A DNA stretch of 28,085 nt from Solirubrobacteraceae bacterium (GTDB taxonomy: Bacteria > Actinomycetota > Thermoleophilia > Solirubrobacterales > Solirubrobacteraceae): positions 1 through 28,085 of the forward strand of contig DASZDB010000250.1 in assembly GCA_035942495.1 (NCBI GenBank). Direction: 5' to 3'. The notes below the pieces were generated by a model. That model did not search any database. It saw only the letters and a list, made by a program, of their open reading frames with translations, and was not told the DNA's origin. The position numbers and the translations under genes are program-made. Shown piece by piece: positions 1 to 8,044 of the stretch; within the stretch, counting starts at the first letter, position 1; each line of letters begins with the position of its first letter.

Positions 1-1820
1 AGGCGGCGCTCCTCCTCGAGGCCGCCCTCGTCGAGCGCGCGCGAGTGCGGGAAGACGCCCTCCTCCATCCCCGCGATGAACACGATCGGGTACTCCAGGC
101 CCTTGGCGTTGTGGATCGTCATGAGCGTGACGAGGCCCTCGTCGTCGGTGCGGGTGTCCGCGTCGGCGACGAGCGCCACGCCCTGCAGGAAGACGTCGAG
201 CGTGTCGTGCTCCTCCTCGGCGGTCGCGTCGAACTCGCGCGCGACCTCCACGAGCTCGGCGAGGTTCTCCTCGCGGCCCTGCGCCTCGATCGTGCGCTCG
301 GCCTTCAGCGCGTCGATGTAGCCCGTGTCGTGCAGCAGCGACTCGAGCAGGTCGCCGACCGGCACGCGCTGCTCGACGCGCTCGCGCAGCGCCTGCATCG
401 TGTCCATGAACCGCGACAGCGCCTTGATCGCCGCGGTGCCCAGGCCCGGGACCCCGGCGGCGTTCGCGGCCGCGTCCCAGACCGAGATCCCTTCTGAGTC
501 GGCATACGCGGTCACGCGCCCGAGCGAGGTCTGGCCGATCCCGCGGCGCGGCGAGTTGACGATCCGCGTGAACGAGACGACGTCCTGCGGGTTGCCGAGC
601 ACCGTCAGGTAGGCGATCGCGTCCTTGATCTCGGCGCGCTCGTAGAACTTCGTCCCGCCGATGACCTGGTAGGCGATGTCGCGGCGCACGAGCGTGTCCT
701 CGATGACGCGCGACTGCGCGTTCGTGCGGTAGAAGACCGCGATCTCGGCGCGGCTGGCGCCCTCGTCGACGAGCCGCTCGATCTCGCCGACGACGTAGCG
801 CCCCTCGGCATGCTCGTCGTCGAGCTCGCGGATCCTGATCGCGTCGCCCTGCCCGAGGTTCGTCCACAGCGACTTGTGCTTCTGCTCGCGGTTGTGCGCG
901 ATGACCGCGTTGGCGGCGCTCAGAATCGTCTGCGTCGAGCGGTAGTTCTGCTCGAGCTTGACGACGTGGGCGTCCGGGAAGGTCTCCTCGAAGTCCAATA
1001 TGTTCGAGATGTCGGCGCCTCTGAAGCCGTAGATCGACTGCGCGTCGTCGCCCACCACCGCGAGGTTGCGGTGCTCGCTCGAGAGCAGCTGCAGCCAGCG
1101 GTACTGGACGGCGTTGGTGTCCTGGTACTCGTCGACGAGGACGTGGCGAAACGCGGTGGTGTAGCGGTCGCGCACCTCCTGGAAGAGCTGCAGCACGTTG
1201 ACGGCGTTGACGAGCAGGTCGTCGAAGTCCATCGCGTTCATGCGCAGCAGCTCGCGCTCGTAGATCGCGAACGCGTCTGCGACGTGCGTGGTGAAGGCCG
1301 TCGTGTCACCGGTCATCCGGCGGTAGGCCTCGGCGTCGCGCAGCTTGTTCTTCGCATCGGAGATCTGGTGATGGATCGCCCCGGGCGTGAAGCGCTTCGT
1401 GTCGACGCCGAGCTCGTCGAGGCTGCGCTTGACCAGCCTCCGCGCGTCGGCCTGGTCGTAGATCGTGAACTGGCGCGTGTAGCCCAGACGGTGCGCCTCG
1501 GCGCGCAGCATCCGTGCGCACGCCGCGTGGAAGGTCATGACCCACATCGCGCGCGTCCGGCGGCCGAGCAGCCGCTCGACACGCTCGCGCATCTCCTGCG
1601 CCGCCTTGTTCGTGAACGTGATCGCGAGGATCTCGTTCGCGCGCGCCATCCCGGTCCCCTCGAGGAAGGCGATGCGGTGCGTCAGCACGCGCGTCTTGCC
1701 GGTGCCCGCGCCGGCGAGGATCAGCAGGGGGCCCTCGCCGTGCGTGACGGCCTCGCGCTGGGGTGGGTTGAGGCCGGTCAGCAGCTCCTCGATGCGGCCC
1801 TGGGATGCGGTGTCGGCCAT
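1..1820 (-). CDS. pcrA: PcrA/UvrD family SF1 DNA helicase, 3' end truncated by the window edge
   Basis: Manual translation from ATG at 1820 gives MADTASQGRIEELLTGLNPPQREAVTHGEGPLLILAGAGTGKTRVLTHRIA...ILAITFTNKAAQEMR. Later motifs are VLVDEYQDTN, VVGDDAQSIYGFRGA and LEQNYRS. It is absent from the ORF track because there is no stop inside the window. Confidence 0.95.
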   Translation of the reverse strand, partial: MADTASQGRIEELLTGLNPPQREAVTHGEGPLLILAGAGTGKTRVLTHRIAFLEGTGMARANEILAITFTNKAAQEMRERVERLLGRRTRAMWVMTFHAACARMLRAEAHRLGYTRQFTIYDQADARRLVKRSLDELGVDTKRFTPGAIHHQISDAKNKLRDAEAYRRMTGDTTAFTTHVADAFAIYERELLRMNAMDFDDLLVNAVNVLQLFQEVRDRYTTAFRHVLVDEYQDTNAVQYRWLQLLSSEHRNLAVVGDDAQSIYGFRGADISNILDFEETFPDAHVVKLEQNYRSTQTILSAANAVIAHNREQKHKSLWTNLGQGDAIRIRELDDEHAEGRYVVGEIERLVDEGASRAEIAVFYRTNAQSRVIEDTLVRRDIAYQVIGGTKFYERAEIKDAIAYLTVLGNPQDVVSFTRIVNSPRRGIGQTSLGRVTAYADSEGISVWDAAANAAGVPGLGTAAIKALSRFMDTMQALRERVEQRVPVGDLLESLLHDTGYIDALKAERTIEAQGREENLAELVEVAREFDATAEEEHDTLDVFLQGVALVADADTRTDDEGLVTLMTIHNAKGLEYPIVFIAGMEEGVFPHSRALDEGGLEEERR

Positions 1821-1828
1821 GCCACCTG

Positions 1829-1834
1829 AGCATA
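1829..1834 (-). promoter_or_regulatory. -10 box TATGCT for pcrA, 8 nt before ATG (leaderless or near-leaderless)
   Basis: Minus strand reads TATGCT caggtggc ATG. Confidence 0.55.
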
Positions 1835-1887
1835 GGCCGGGGACCGGAGGCACAGCCGGCGCGCTGGCATAACCCGGCGGAGGCTCA

Positions 1888-1893
1888 TATACT
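1888..1893 (+). promoter_or_regulatory. -10 box TATACT upstream of the CAP gene; SD-like GGAGG at 1910-1914
   Basis: Near-consensus TATACT in very GC-rich DNA, then ggaggttgggta ATG. Confidence 0.55.
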
Positions 1894-1921
1894 CGTGTTT
1901 CAAGGCGGGGGAGGTTGGGTA

Positions 1922-2485
1922 ATGGCGCGGCGCTTGGGCCTCGCGACGGCACTCGTAGTGCTGTTCACTTGCATGGTCGGGGGCGCGAGCCCAGCATCAG
2001 CGGCGAAGACGAAGCAGCGCGCCTGCGTCGCGGCTTCGGCCGTTCCCGACGAAACGACGCTGCCGCGGGCCCTCAACGCGGTCCTGTGCCTCGTCAACCA
2101 GGAGCGGGCACGCCGCGGACTGCCGGCCCTGCGGCGCTCCACCGAGCTCACGCAGGCGGCCGTCGGCCACAGCACGGACATGGTCAGCCGCCGGTACTTC
2201 GGGCACCAGAGCCTCGACGGGCAGACGCCGCGCCAGCGGGTGCTGCAGTCCGGCTACTTCCGCGGCCGCGCCACCGGCATGATCGAGGAGGTGCTCGCCT
2301 GCGGCTGGGCGCACCTGTCCACACCGAGAGCACTCGTCGCGTCGCTCATGCGCAGTCGATCGCACCAGAGCATCCTGCTGAGCCGGCGCCTGCGCGACGT
2401 CGGCATCGGGCTCGTCCTCGGCGGCCCACAGCAGCTACCCGGCTTCTCCGGCGCAACGCTGACGCTCGACGTCGGCCGCCGCTGA
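1922..2485 (+). CDS. Secreted CAP/SCP-domain protein
   Basis: Signal-peptide-like MARRLGLATALVVLFTCMVGGASPASA. CAP motifs CLVNQERARRGL, AAVGHSTDMVSRRYFGH and MRSRSHQSILL...VGIG. GGAGG precedes the ATG at 1922. Confidence 0.88.
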   Translation: MARRLGLATALVVLFTCMVGGASPASAAKTKQRACVAASAVPDETTLPRALNAVLCLVNQERARRGLPALRRSTELTQAAVGHSTDMVSRRYFGHQSLDGQTPRQRVLQSGYFRGRATGMIEEVLACGWAHLSTPRALVASLMRSRSHQSILLSRRLRDVGIGLVLGGPQQLPGFSGATLTLDVGRR

Positions 2486-2526
2486 CGCGGCCGGGAGCGC
2501 GCATCCGCGCCCGCCTGTCCGACGGC

Positions 2527-3381
2527 GTGCGCGCGGCGTCCGCGCAGATCGCCGCCGGCGCCGCGTCGGTGACGATCGACCTCGAGGCGGTCGCGGGCAT
2601 CGAGCCTGCCCCGCCGCCGGCGCTCGACCCGCTGCGCCACTACCTCGAGGGCTCCCCTGCGGAGGTCGCCGCCTACTTCCTCACGCTCGACACGGTGAAC
2701 TTCGGCTCGGGCTGGTTTCCGACGCTGCGCAAGCGATCGGGTTCGTCGGGCTACTTCACCGTCGCCTGGGCGCTGGCCGACCGCTTCCGCGCGCACGGGC
2801 CGTGGACGCCGGCCCAGCTGCGTTCGCTGCGCACCGACGAGATCGCCGCCACCCTCGGCCAGCCGCGCGACCACGAGCTCATGGCGCTCTACGCGCAGGC
2901 GCTCCGCGCGCTCGGCCGCTTCCTCGGCGAACGCGACGCACTGACCGTAGCCCGCGGCGCACGCGGCTCAGCCCAGGCGCTTGCCGCCGAGCTTGCGTCG
3001 TCGATGGCGCTGTTCGCCGACCGCGGCTTCTACAAGCGCGCGCAGATCGTGCCGGCCAACCTGGCGCTGGCGGGCGTCGCGCGCTTCAAGGACCTGCACA
3101 CGCTGACGATCTTCGCCGACAACCTCGTGCCGCACGTCCTGCGCTGCGACGGCGTGCTGCGCTACGACCCCCATCTCGCAGCGCACATCGACAGCGGGCG
3201 CCTGCTGCCGGCCGGCCGTCAGGAGCGCGAGATCCGGGCGTGCGCCGTGCATGCCTGCCAGCTCATCGCCGCGCGCACCGGCGCCAGCGAGCACGAGCTC
3301 GACAACTGGCTGTGGAGCCGCGGGCAGGCACCGGAGTACAAGGCGATCCCGCGCCACAGGACGCGGACCGTTTACTACTGA
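2527..3381 (+). CDS. Queuosine salvage protein, QNG1/DUF2419-like (queuosine 5'-phosphate N-glycosylase/hydrolase); start uncertain (GTG 2527 or slightly upstream)
   Basis: Motifs LDTVNFGSGWF, FYKRAQI, LTIFADNLVPHVLR, EIRACAV, LDNWLW and C-terminal HRTRTVYY are typical of this family. Confidence 0.8.
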   Translation: MRAASAQIAAGAASVTIDLEAVAGIEPAPPPALDPLRHYLEGSPAEVAAYFLTLDTVNFGSGWFPTLRKRSGSSGYFTVAWALADRFRAHGPWTPAQLRSLRTDEIAATLGQPRDHELMALYAQALRALGRFLGERDALTVARGARGSAQALAAELASSMALFADRGFYKRAQIVPANLALAGVARFKDLHTLTIFADNLVPHVLRCDGVLRYDPHLAAHIDSGRLLPAGRQEREIRACAVHACQLIAARTGASEHELDNWLWSRGQAPEYKAIPRHRTRTVYY

Positions 3382-3412
3382 GGCGCCGGCGCGCGGACTG
3401 AGGGCGGCGCTG

Positions 3413-4153
3413 TCAGCCGCCGGCCGGGCTCGGGCCCTGCGCGGGGCGCAGCGGGCGCACATCGGCGACGCGCTCGCGCTGGTTGCCCGACAGGTGGGCG
3501 ACCTCGGCCTCGAGCTCGGCGATCCGCGTCGACAGGCGCGTGATCGCGTCGGCAATCGGGTCGGGCAGGTGGATCCAGTCCGTGTCGGGCCCCTCGACGC
3601 GCTTGCCCTCCACCCGCACCGGGTGGCCGGGGTTGCCGACGACCGTCGTGTTGGGCGGCACGTCGTGGATGACAACGGAGTTGGCGCCGACCTTCGCGCC
3701 GTGCCCGACGGTGATCGCGCCGAGCAGCTTCGCGCCGGCCCCGACCGTCACGTTGTCCTCGAGCGTCGGGTGGCGCTTGCCGGTCGCAAAGCCCGTGCCG
3801 CCGAGGGTCACGCCCTGATAGAGCGTGACGTCGTTGCCGATCTCGGCGGTCTCACCGATCACGACGCCCGCACCGTGGTCGATGAAGAAGCCCTGCCCGA
3901 TCGTCGCGGCGGGATGGATCTCGATCCCTGTCCATGTCCGCGAGACCATCGAGAGCGTGCGTGGCAGCAGTGGCACGCCGATCGTGTGCAGCCCGTGCGC
4001 GACGCGGTGGGCGAGCAGCGCCTGCACGCCTGGCCAGCTCGTGAGGATCTCGCCGCTGCCGGCGCCTCGCGCGGCGGGATCGCGCGCGTGCGCGGCCGCG
4101 ACATCGCGGCGGACCTCGCCGATGACTCGTGACAGGGTCCCCACGCCGAACAC
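3413..4153 (-). CDS. cysE: Serine O-acetyltransferase (start GTG 4153; alternatives 4144 or 4162)
   Basis: RDPAAR, PGVQALLAHRVAH, TGIEIHPAATIGQGFFIDHGAGVVIGETAEIG, YQGVTLGGTG and KRHPTL, with hexapeptide repeats. Confidence 0.95.
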   Translation of the reverse strand: MFGVGTLSRVIGEVRRDVAAAHARDPAARGAGSGEILTSWPGVQALLAHRVAHGLHTIGVPLLPRTLSMVSRTWTGIEIHPAATIGQGFFIDHGAGVVIGETAEIGNDVTLYQGVTLGGTGFATGKRHPTLEDNVTVGAGAKLLGAITVGHGAKVGANSVVIHDVPPNTTVVGNPGHPVRVEGKRVEGPDTDWIHLPDPIADAITRLSTRIAELEAEVAHLSGNQRERVADVRPLRPAQGPSPAGG

Positions 4154-4161
4154 AATGCGCA

Positions 4162-4167
4162 AGGGTA
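4162..4167 (-). promoter_or_regulatory. -10 box TACCCT for cysE, 8 nt before GTG 4153
   Basis: Minus strand reads TACCCT tgcgcatt GTG. Confidence 0.5.
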
Positions 4168-4172
4168 CTGCC

Positions 4173-4201
4173 GACGCCGCTGCGGCCGGCGCAGCGACGT
4201 C
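4173..4201 (-). terminator. 12-bp hairpin between cysK and cysE
   Basis: Minus strand GACGTCGCTGCG-ccggc-CGCAGCGGCGTC pairs fully with one G-U; it lies 5 nt after the cysK stop. No U-tract. Confidence 0.5.
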
Positions 4202-4206
4202 TGGCG

Positions 4207-5130
4207 CTACGGCGCGAAGAACGGCGTCGAGATGTAGCGCTCGCCGGAGTCGGGCAGCACGACGGCGATCCGCTTGCCCTCCGATCCCGCCCGCCCCCCG
4301 ACCTCGATCGCCGCAGCCACCGCCGCGCCGCACGAGATGCCGACGAGCACGCCCTCGCGCCGGGCGATGTCGCGCGCGGTCTGGATCGCCGCCTCGTCGT
4401 CGACGGGGAGGATCTCGTCGATGATCTCGCGGTTGAGGACGGGCGGCACGAAGCCGGCGCCGATCCCCTGGATCTTGTGCGGTCCGGGCGCACGGCCGGA
4501 TAGGACGGCTGAGGTCGCGGGCTCGACGGCGATCACCGCGAGGGCGGGGTTTCGCTCCTTGAGAAACTCGCCTGCACCGGTGATCGTGCCGCCGGTGCCG
4601 ACCCCGCAGACGAGCACGTCGAGCTTGCCGTCAAGCGCCTCCCACAGCTCCGGACCGGTCGTGCGGCGGTGCACGTCGGGGTTGGCCGGGTTGGAGAACT
4701 GGTCGGGCAGGAACACGTCGGGATTCGTCGCCATCGCGCGCGCGGCGTCGACCGCTTCGTTCATCCCGCCCAGCGACTCTGTGATCTGCACCCGCGCGCC
4801 ATACAGGCGCAGCAGGCCCTCGCGCTCACGACTCATGCCCTGCGGCAGGGTGAGCACGAGGTCATAGCCCTTCGCGGCGCAGACGAACGCCAGCGCGATC
4901 CCCGTGTTCCCGGAGGTCGCCTCGACGATCGTCGAGCGTCCGGGCTCGATCAACCCGTCTGCCTCGGCCGCTTCGATCATCGCGACGCCGATGCGATCCT
5001 TGACGCTGCCCCCCGGGTTGAACGACTCGAGCTTGCCGAACAGGCGCACGCCGGGCGGCGCCATGCGCGTGAGCTCGAGCATCGGGGTGCGGCCCACATA
5101 GTCGGCAATGCTGACCGGGATTCTTGCCAT
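4207..5130 (-). CDS. cysK: Cysteine synthase A (O-acetylserine sulfhydrylase)
   Basis: MARIPVSIADYVGRTPM, NPGGSVKDR (PLP Lys), EATSGNTG, GVGTGGT, HKIQGIG and PDSGERY; 307 aa. Confidence 0.97.
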   Translation of the reverse strand: MARIPVSIADYVGRTPMLELTRMAPPGVRLFGKLESFNPGGSVKDRIGVAMIEAAEADGLIEPGRSTIVEATSGNTGIALAFVCAAKGYDLVLTLPQGMSREREGLLRLYGARVQITESLGGMNEAVDAARAMATNPDVFLPDQFSNPANPDVHRRTTGPELWEALDGKLDVLVCGVGTGGTITGAGEFLKERNPALAVIAVEPATSAVLSGRAPGPHKIQGIGAGFVPPVLNREIIDEILPVDDEAAIQTARDIARREGVLVGISCGAAVAAAIEVGGRAGSEGKRIAVVLPDSGERYISTPFFAP

Positions 5131-5136
5131 GCCCCC

Positions 5137-5142
5137 ACGGTA
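5137..5142 (-). promoter_or_regulatory. -10 box TACCGT for cysK, 6 nt before ATG (leaderless)
   Basis: Minus strand reads TACCGT gggggc ATG. Confidence 0.6.
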
Positions 5143-5168
5143 CCCGGGCCGACCCCCGATGCGTGCGA

Positions 5169-5990
5169 TCACGCCGGTTGCGTCTCGAGAACCCACAGCG
5201 GGCCATCGCCGCATTGCACGGGCGTCCCCCCACGGTCGCCCCGCAGGCGCGTGCGCATGAGCCGCACCCGTTCGCCGCCGAGCGTCGTGAGCGGGCCGCG
5301 GACACCGCCGACCGGTGGCGCGAGACCCCACGCCCGCGTCTGGTTGTGGATCTCGTACGCCGGCCACGACCAGTCCACCTCCAGATACGCGGGCTCGAAG
5401 CGGCCCGCATACGTCGCCTCGTCCTCGTCCTGGGGATCGCCGGGATCGCCGGCCTCGACGCGCGCCAGCGCCTGCACGATCAGCTTTCCCCATAGGTCGT
5501 TGCGTCTGATCTCCGTCAACGGGTCCTCCTCGGGATCGATCGCGAACGAGCCCTGGGCGAGGATCGGGCCCGCGTCGAGCTCGTGCGTCATGCGGTGCAG
5601 CGTGCTGCCGATCTGCGTCTCGCCGTTGCGCAGGGCCCAGCCGAGCGGGTTCGGTCCCCGGTAGCGCGGCAGCAGCGAAGGGTGCCCGTTGACGATCCCG
5701 TAGCGCGGCGCGTCGAGTGCGTCGTCGGGGATGAGCGCGGGGAACGTCACGCAGAGCGCGACGTCCGGCGAGTAGGCGCGCAGCAGTGTGCCCAGGCTCT
5801 CCGCCGACCGCACGAACAGCAGGTCCGCCTCGGGCACGAAGTCGTGCAGGCCCGGCGGGTAGTCGACCCCGTAACGCCCGGGCGCGGCGCGCAGCGCCAC
5901 GACCGCCGGCACCTCGTGGCCCAGGTCGGCGAGCAGCTCGCTGATCTTGACGGCGACGGGCGGAGCGGAGGAGATGAGCACAGCACGCAC
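5169..5990 (-). CDS. Formyltransferase-family protein (Fmt-like paralogue, probably not the housekeeping Fmt)
   Basis: VNGHPSLLPRYRGPNP and HRMTHELDAGPI retain the N-x-H...D catalytic set. It lacks the usual Fmt N-terminal F(M/A)GTP motif and is only 273 aa. Confidence 0.8.
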   Translation of the reverse strand: MRAVLISSAPPVAVKISELLADLGHEVPAVVALRAAPGRYGVDYPPGLHDFVPEADLLFVRSAESLGTLLRAYSPDVALCVTFPALIPDDALDAPRYGIVNGHPSLLPRYRGPNPLGWALRNGETQIGSTLHRMTHELDAGPILAQGSFAIDPEEDPLTEIRRNDLWGKLIVQALARVEAGDPGDPQDEDEATYAGRFEPAYLEVDWSWPAYEIHNQTRAWGLAPPVGGVRGPLTTLGGERVRLMRTRLRGDRGGTPVQCGDGPLWVLETQPA

Positions 5991-6082
5991 CGGCCCATCC
6001 TCGCGGGTTTGCGCAGGTAGCCACGGCGTGCTTGGGGCGCACCCGCGACCGGCGCCATCGGCGGTCGGATCTGGCGCAGCGG

Positions 6083-6475
6083 TCAGATGTGGTACATCGC
6101 GACACCGGCCGCGCGCGCTTCGCGCTCGACGATGTCGGCGATCGTGCTCGCCGCGAGGACGTGGCGCGCGGCGCGAGCCGCGTCGCCGAAGATCCCCTCG
6201 GCGTCGCCGCCGAGTGGGCCCTCGAGCAGCTCGACGATCTCGAGGACCGTGATCTCGCTGGGGGCACGGGCGAATGTGTAGCCGCCCTTGACGCCGCGCT
6301 GGGACTTCAACACGCCCGCCCGGCGCAGCGTCGCGAAGAGCTGCTCGAGAAACTGGACGGGGATGTCGCGGCGTCGAGCGAGCTCGCCGATCGGCACCGG
6401 GCCGTCGCCGCCGGAGCGGCCGAGCTCGGTGAGCGCCTGCAGCGCGTACGGCGATTTCGTCGTGATGGAGATCAT
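6083..6475 (-). CDS. cymR: Rrf2 family transcriptional regulator, CymR-like
   Basis: ITTKSPYAL, FLEQLFATLRRAGVLKSQRGVKGGY and ITVLEIVELLEG. No Cys residues, so no IscR/NsrR-type Fe-S ligands. It ends MYHI and lies upstream of cysK/cysE. Confidence 0.8.
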   Translation of the reverse strand: MISITTKSPYALQALTELGRSGGDGPVPIGELARRRDIPVQFLEQLFATLRRAGVLKSQRGVKGGYTFARAPSEITVLEIVELLEGPLGGDAEGIFGDAARAARHVLAASTIADIVEREARAAGVAMYHI

Positions 6476-6502
6476 GATGGGGTGACTAGCCTCATCAGCC
6501 TA
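6476..6502. promoter_or_regulatory. Overlapping divergent -10 boxes: TAGCCT (+, 6487-6492, vanZ-like gene) and TAGGCT (-, 6497-6502, cymR)
   Basis: A 26-nt intergenic gap holds one TANNNT hexamer on each strand. Confidence 0.5.
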
Positions 6503-6903
6503 TGGGACCGGTCAGCCGCTACGCACCGCCGCTGGCCGTGATGGCGCTGATCTTCGCGCTTTCTGCGACGCCGGATCTCAGCTCCGGCCTCGGAACGTGG
6601 GACCTGGTGCTGCGCAAGCTCGCGCACGTCACGATCTACGCGCTGCTGTGGCTGACGCTCGCGCGGGCGACGGAATGGCACCGCCCGGTGGTCGCCGCCG
6701 TCATCGCCGTGGTCTACGCGGCCAGCGACGAGCTCCACCAGTCCTTCGTCGAGGGCCGGGACGGAGCGCTGACCGACGTCGGGATCGACTGCCTCGGGGT
6801 CGGCCTCGCCGCGCTGGCCTGGCTGCTGACGGCACGGCGTCGCGGGCGGCCGGGGCCGCCGTGGCCGCTGCGAAGTGCCGCTAGAGCCAGCCGCGCTCGG
6901 TAG
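6502..6903 (+). CDS. VanZ-family membrane protein
   Basis: IFALSA, RKLAHVTIYALL, YAASDELHQSFVEGR and DVGIDCLG; several hydrophobic segments. Confidence 0.85.
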   Translation: MGPVSRYAPPLAVMALIFALSATPDLSSGLGTWDLVLRKLAHVTIYALLWLTLARATEWHRPVVAAVIAVVYAASDELHQSFVEGRDGALTDVGIDCLGVGLAALAWLLTARRRGRPGPPWPLRSAARASRAR

Positions 6904-7957
6904 CGATGAGTACCGCCTGCGCGCGATCGACGGCGCCGAGCTTGCCGTAGATGTTGTGCAGGTGGGTGCGGACCGTCGACGTCGAGAGCTGAAGCTCGGC
7001 GGCGATCTGCTTGTAGACCTTGCCCTCCGCGAGGCGCTTGAGGACCTCGACCTCGCGCCCCGACAGCGGGCACGGATCGATCTGGCGCGGGCGGCCGGAG
7101 GTCGGGTAGGGCAGGTCGTACATGACGGCGCGCAGGTCGGTCGGGCCAAGGCCGATCGAGCGGGCGACCTTCAGCAGCGAGTTCGGCGACACCTGCCCGC
7201 CCTGGGCGTAGTGGGCGAGCATGTCCGCGAGGCGCACGAAGGCCGCTTCACCGGTCGCGTCCTCGGAGTGATGGCGCTCGATCGCGGAGGCGACCGCGGT
7301 CGGCAGGCCCCAGCGGCGGGCGAGGACGCCACCGACCAGCGCGTGGTCGACGCCGAGATCGCGGCGCTCACGGTGAACGCGCTCCTCGGGCGTCCTGGCG
7401 TCGCCGTGGACCTGCGCCGGGTAGCCGGGGTAGGCGTGCATGAGCACGAGCTTGCCGATGTCGTGCAGCAGCGCAGTGACCATGAGCCGGTCGCGATCCT
7501 CGTAGCCGGCCTCGCTGGCGAGGCGGTCGGCGGCACGCTGGGTGGCGACGCCGTGCAGGCGAAAGCGCTCGGGGGCGGTGTCCCACACCGACGAGCGCTC
7601 GAAGAAGTCGAAGGTGCGCGCGCGGCTGGCGAGCGCCTGGACGGATTCCGGCGAGAGCAGCTCGACGGCCTGCACGACGGACTCGACGCGGCCGCGGCGG
7701 CGCTCGTCGAGCTGGTTGGCCATCCGCAGGACGGCGACGACGAGCGCGATGTCGGACTCGACCGTGGCGACGATGTCAGCCGGGGAGACGCGGTCGGCGC
7801 TGGAGAGGCGCAGCAGGCGGTTGCGCGATTCAGCGAGGGCGGGGAAGGCCTCGAGCGCCTCGAACGCAGCGGTGAGCCGGCGGCCGTGGCCTTCATTGTG
7901 ATGGCGCTGAACGGGCGCGCTGCCGGACTCGGGAGTGCGTGCGGGCGTGGTGAGCAT
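6881..7957 (-). CDS. HDOD-domain protein fused to a C-terminal LuxR-type HTH
   Basis: HDOD: FPAL, ESDIALVVAVLRMAN, VESVVQAVELL, LLHDIGKLVL, GVDHALVGGVLARRWGLP, IERHH. LuxR: LSGREVEVLKRLAEG...IAAELQLSTSTVRTHLHNIYGKLG. Confidence 0.85.
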   Translation of the reverse strand: MLTTPARTPESGSAPVQRHHNEGHGRRLTAAFEALEAFPALAESRNRLLRLSSADRVSPADIVATVESDIALVVAVLRMANQLDERRRGRVESVVQAVELLSPESVQALASRARTFDFFERSSVWDTAPERFRLHGVATQRAADRLASEAGYEDRDRLMVTALLHDIGKLVLMHAYPGYPAQVHGDARTPEERVHRERRDLGVDHALVGGVLARRWGLPTAVASAIERHHSEDATGEAAFVRLADMLAHYAQGGQVSPNSLLKVARSIGLGPTDLRAVMYDLPYPTSGRPRQIDPCPLSGREVEVLKRLAEGKVYKQIAAELQLSTSTVRTHLHNIYGKLGAVDRAQAVLIATERGWL

Positions 7958-8044
7958 GCTGAGCGGTCCCTGCTTTCTGAACTCGGGATCGTCGGGACAC
8001 AGCCCGTATCGGCAGCTATAGACGAATGGTTTAGACCCAACCTC

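Noticed and set aside
1915-2526. N-terminal part of the 488-aa track ORF 1915..3381, suggesting a long fusion protein
   Set aside because: It is an off-frame reading over the CAP gene; family motifs begin only after ~2527.
4207-6267. 686-aa track ORF as an extended CysK
   Set aside because: The upstream part is low-complexity Arg/Ala text overlapping cymR and the formyltransferase in other frames. CysK starts at ATG 5130, which has its own -10 box.
8035-8044. GAGGTTGGGT on the minus strand, matching 1911-1920 upstream of the CAP gene
   Set aside because: A single shared 10-mer in different positional contexts is compatible with chance.
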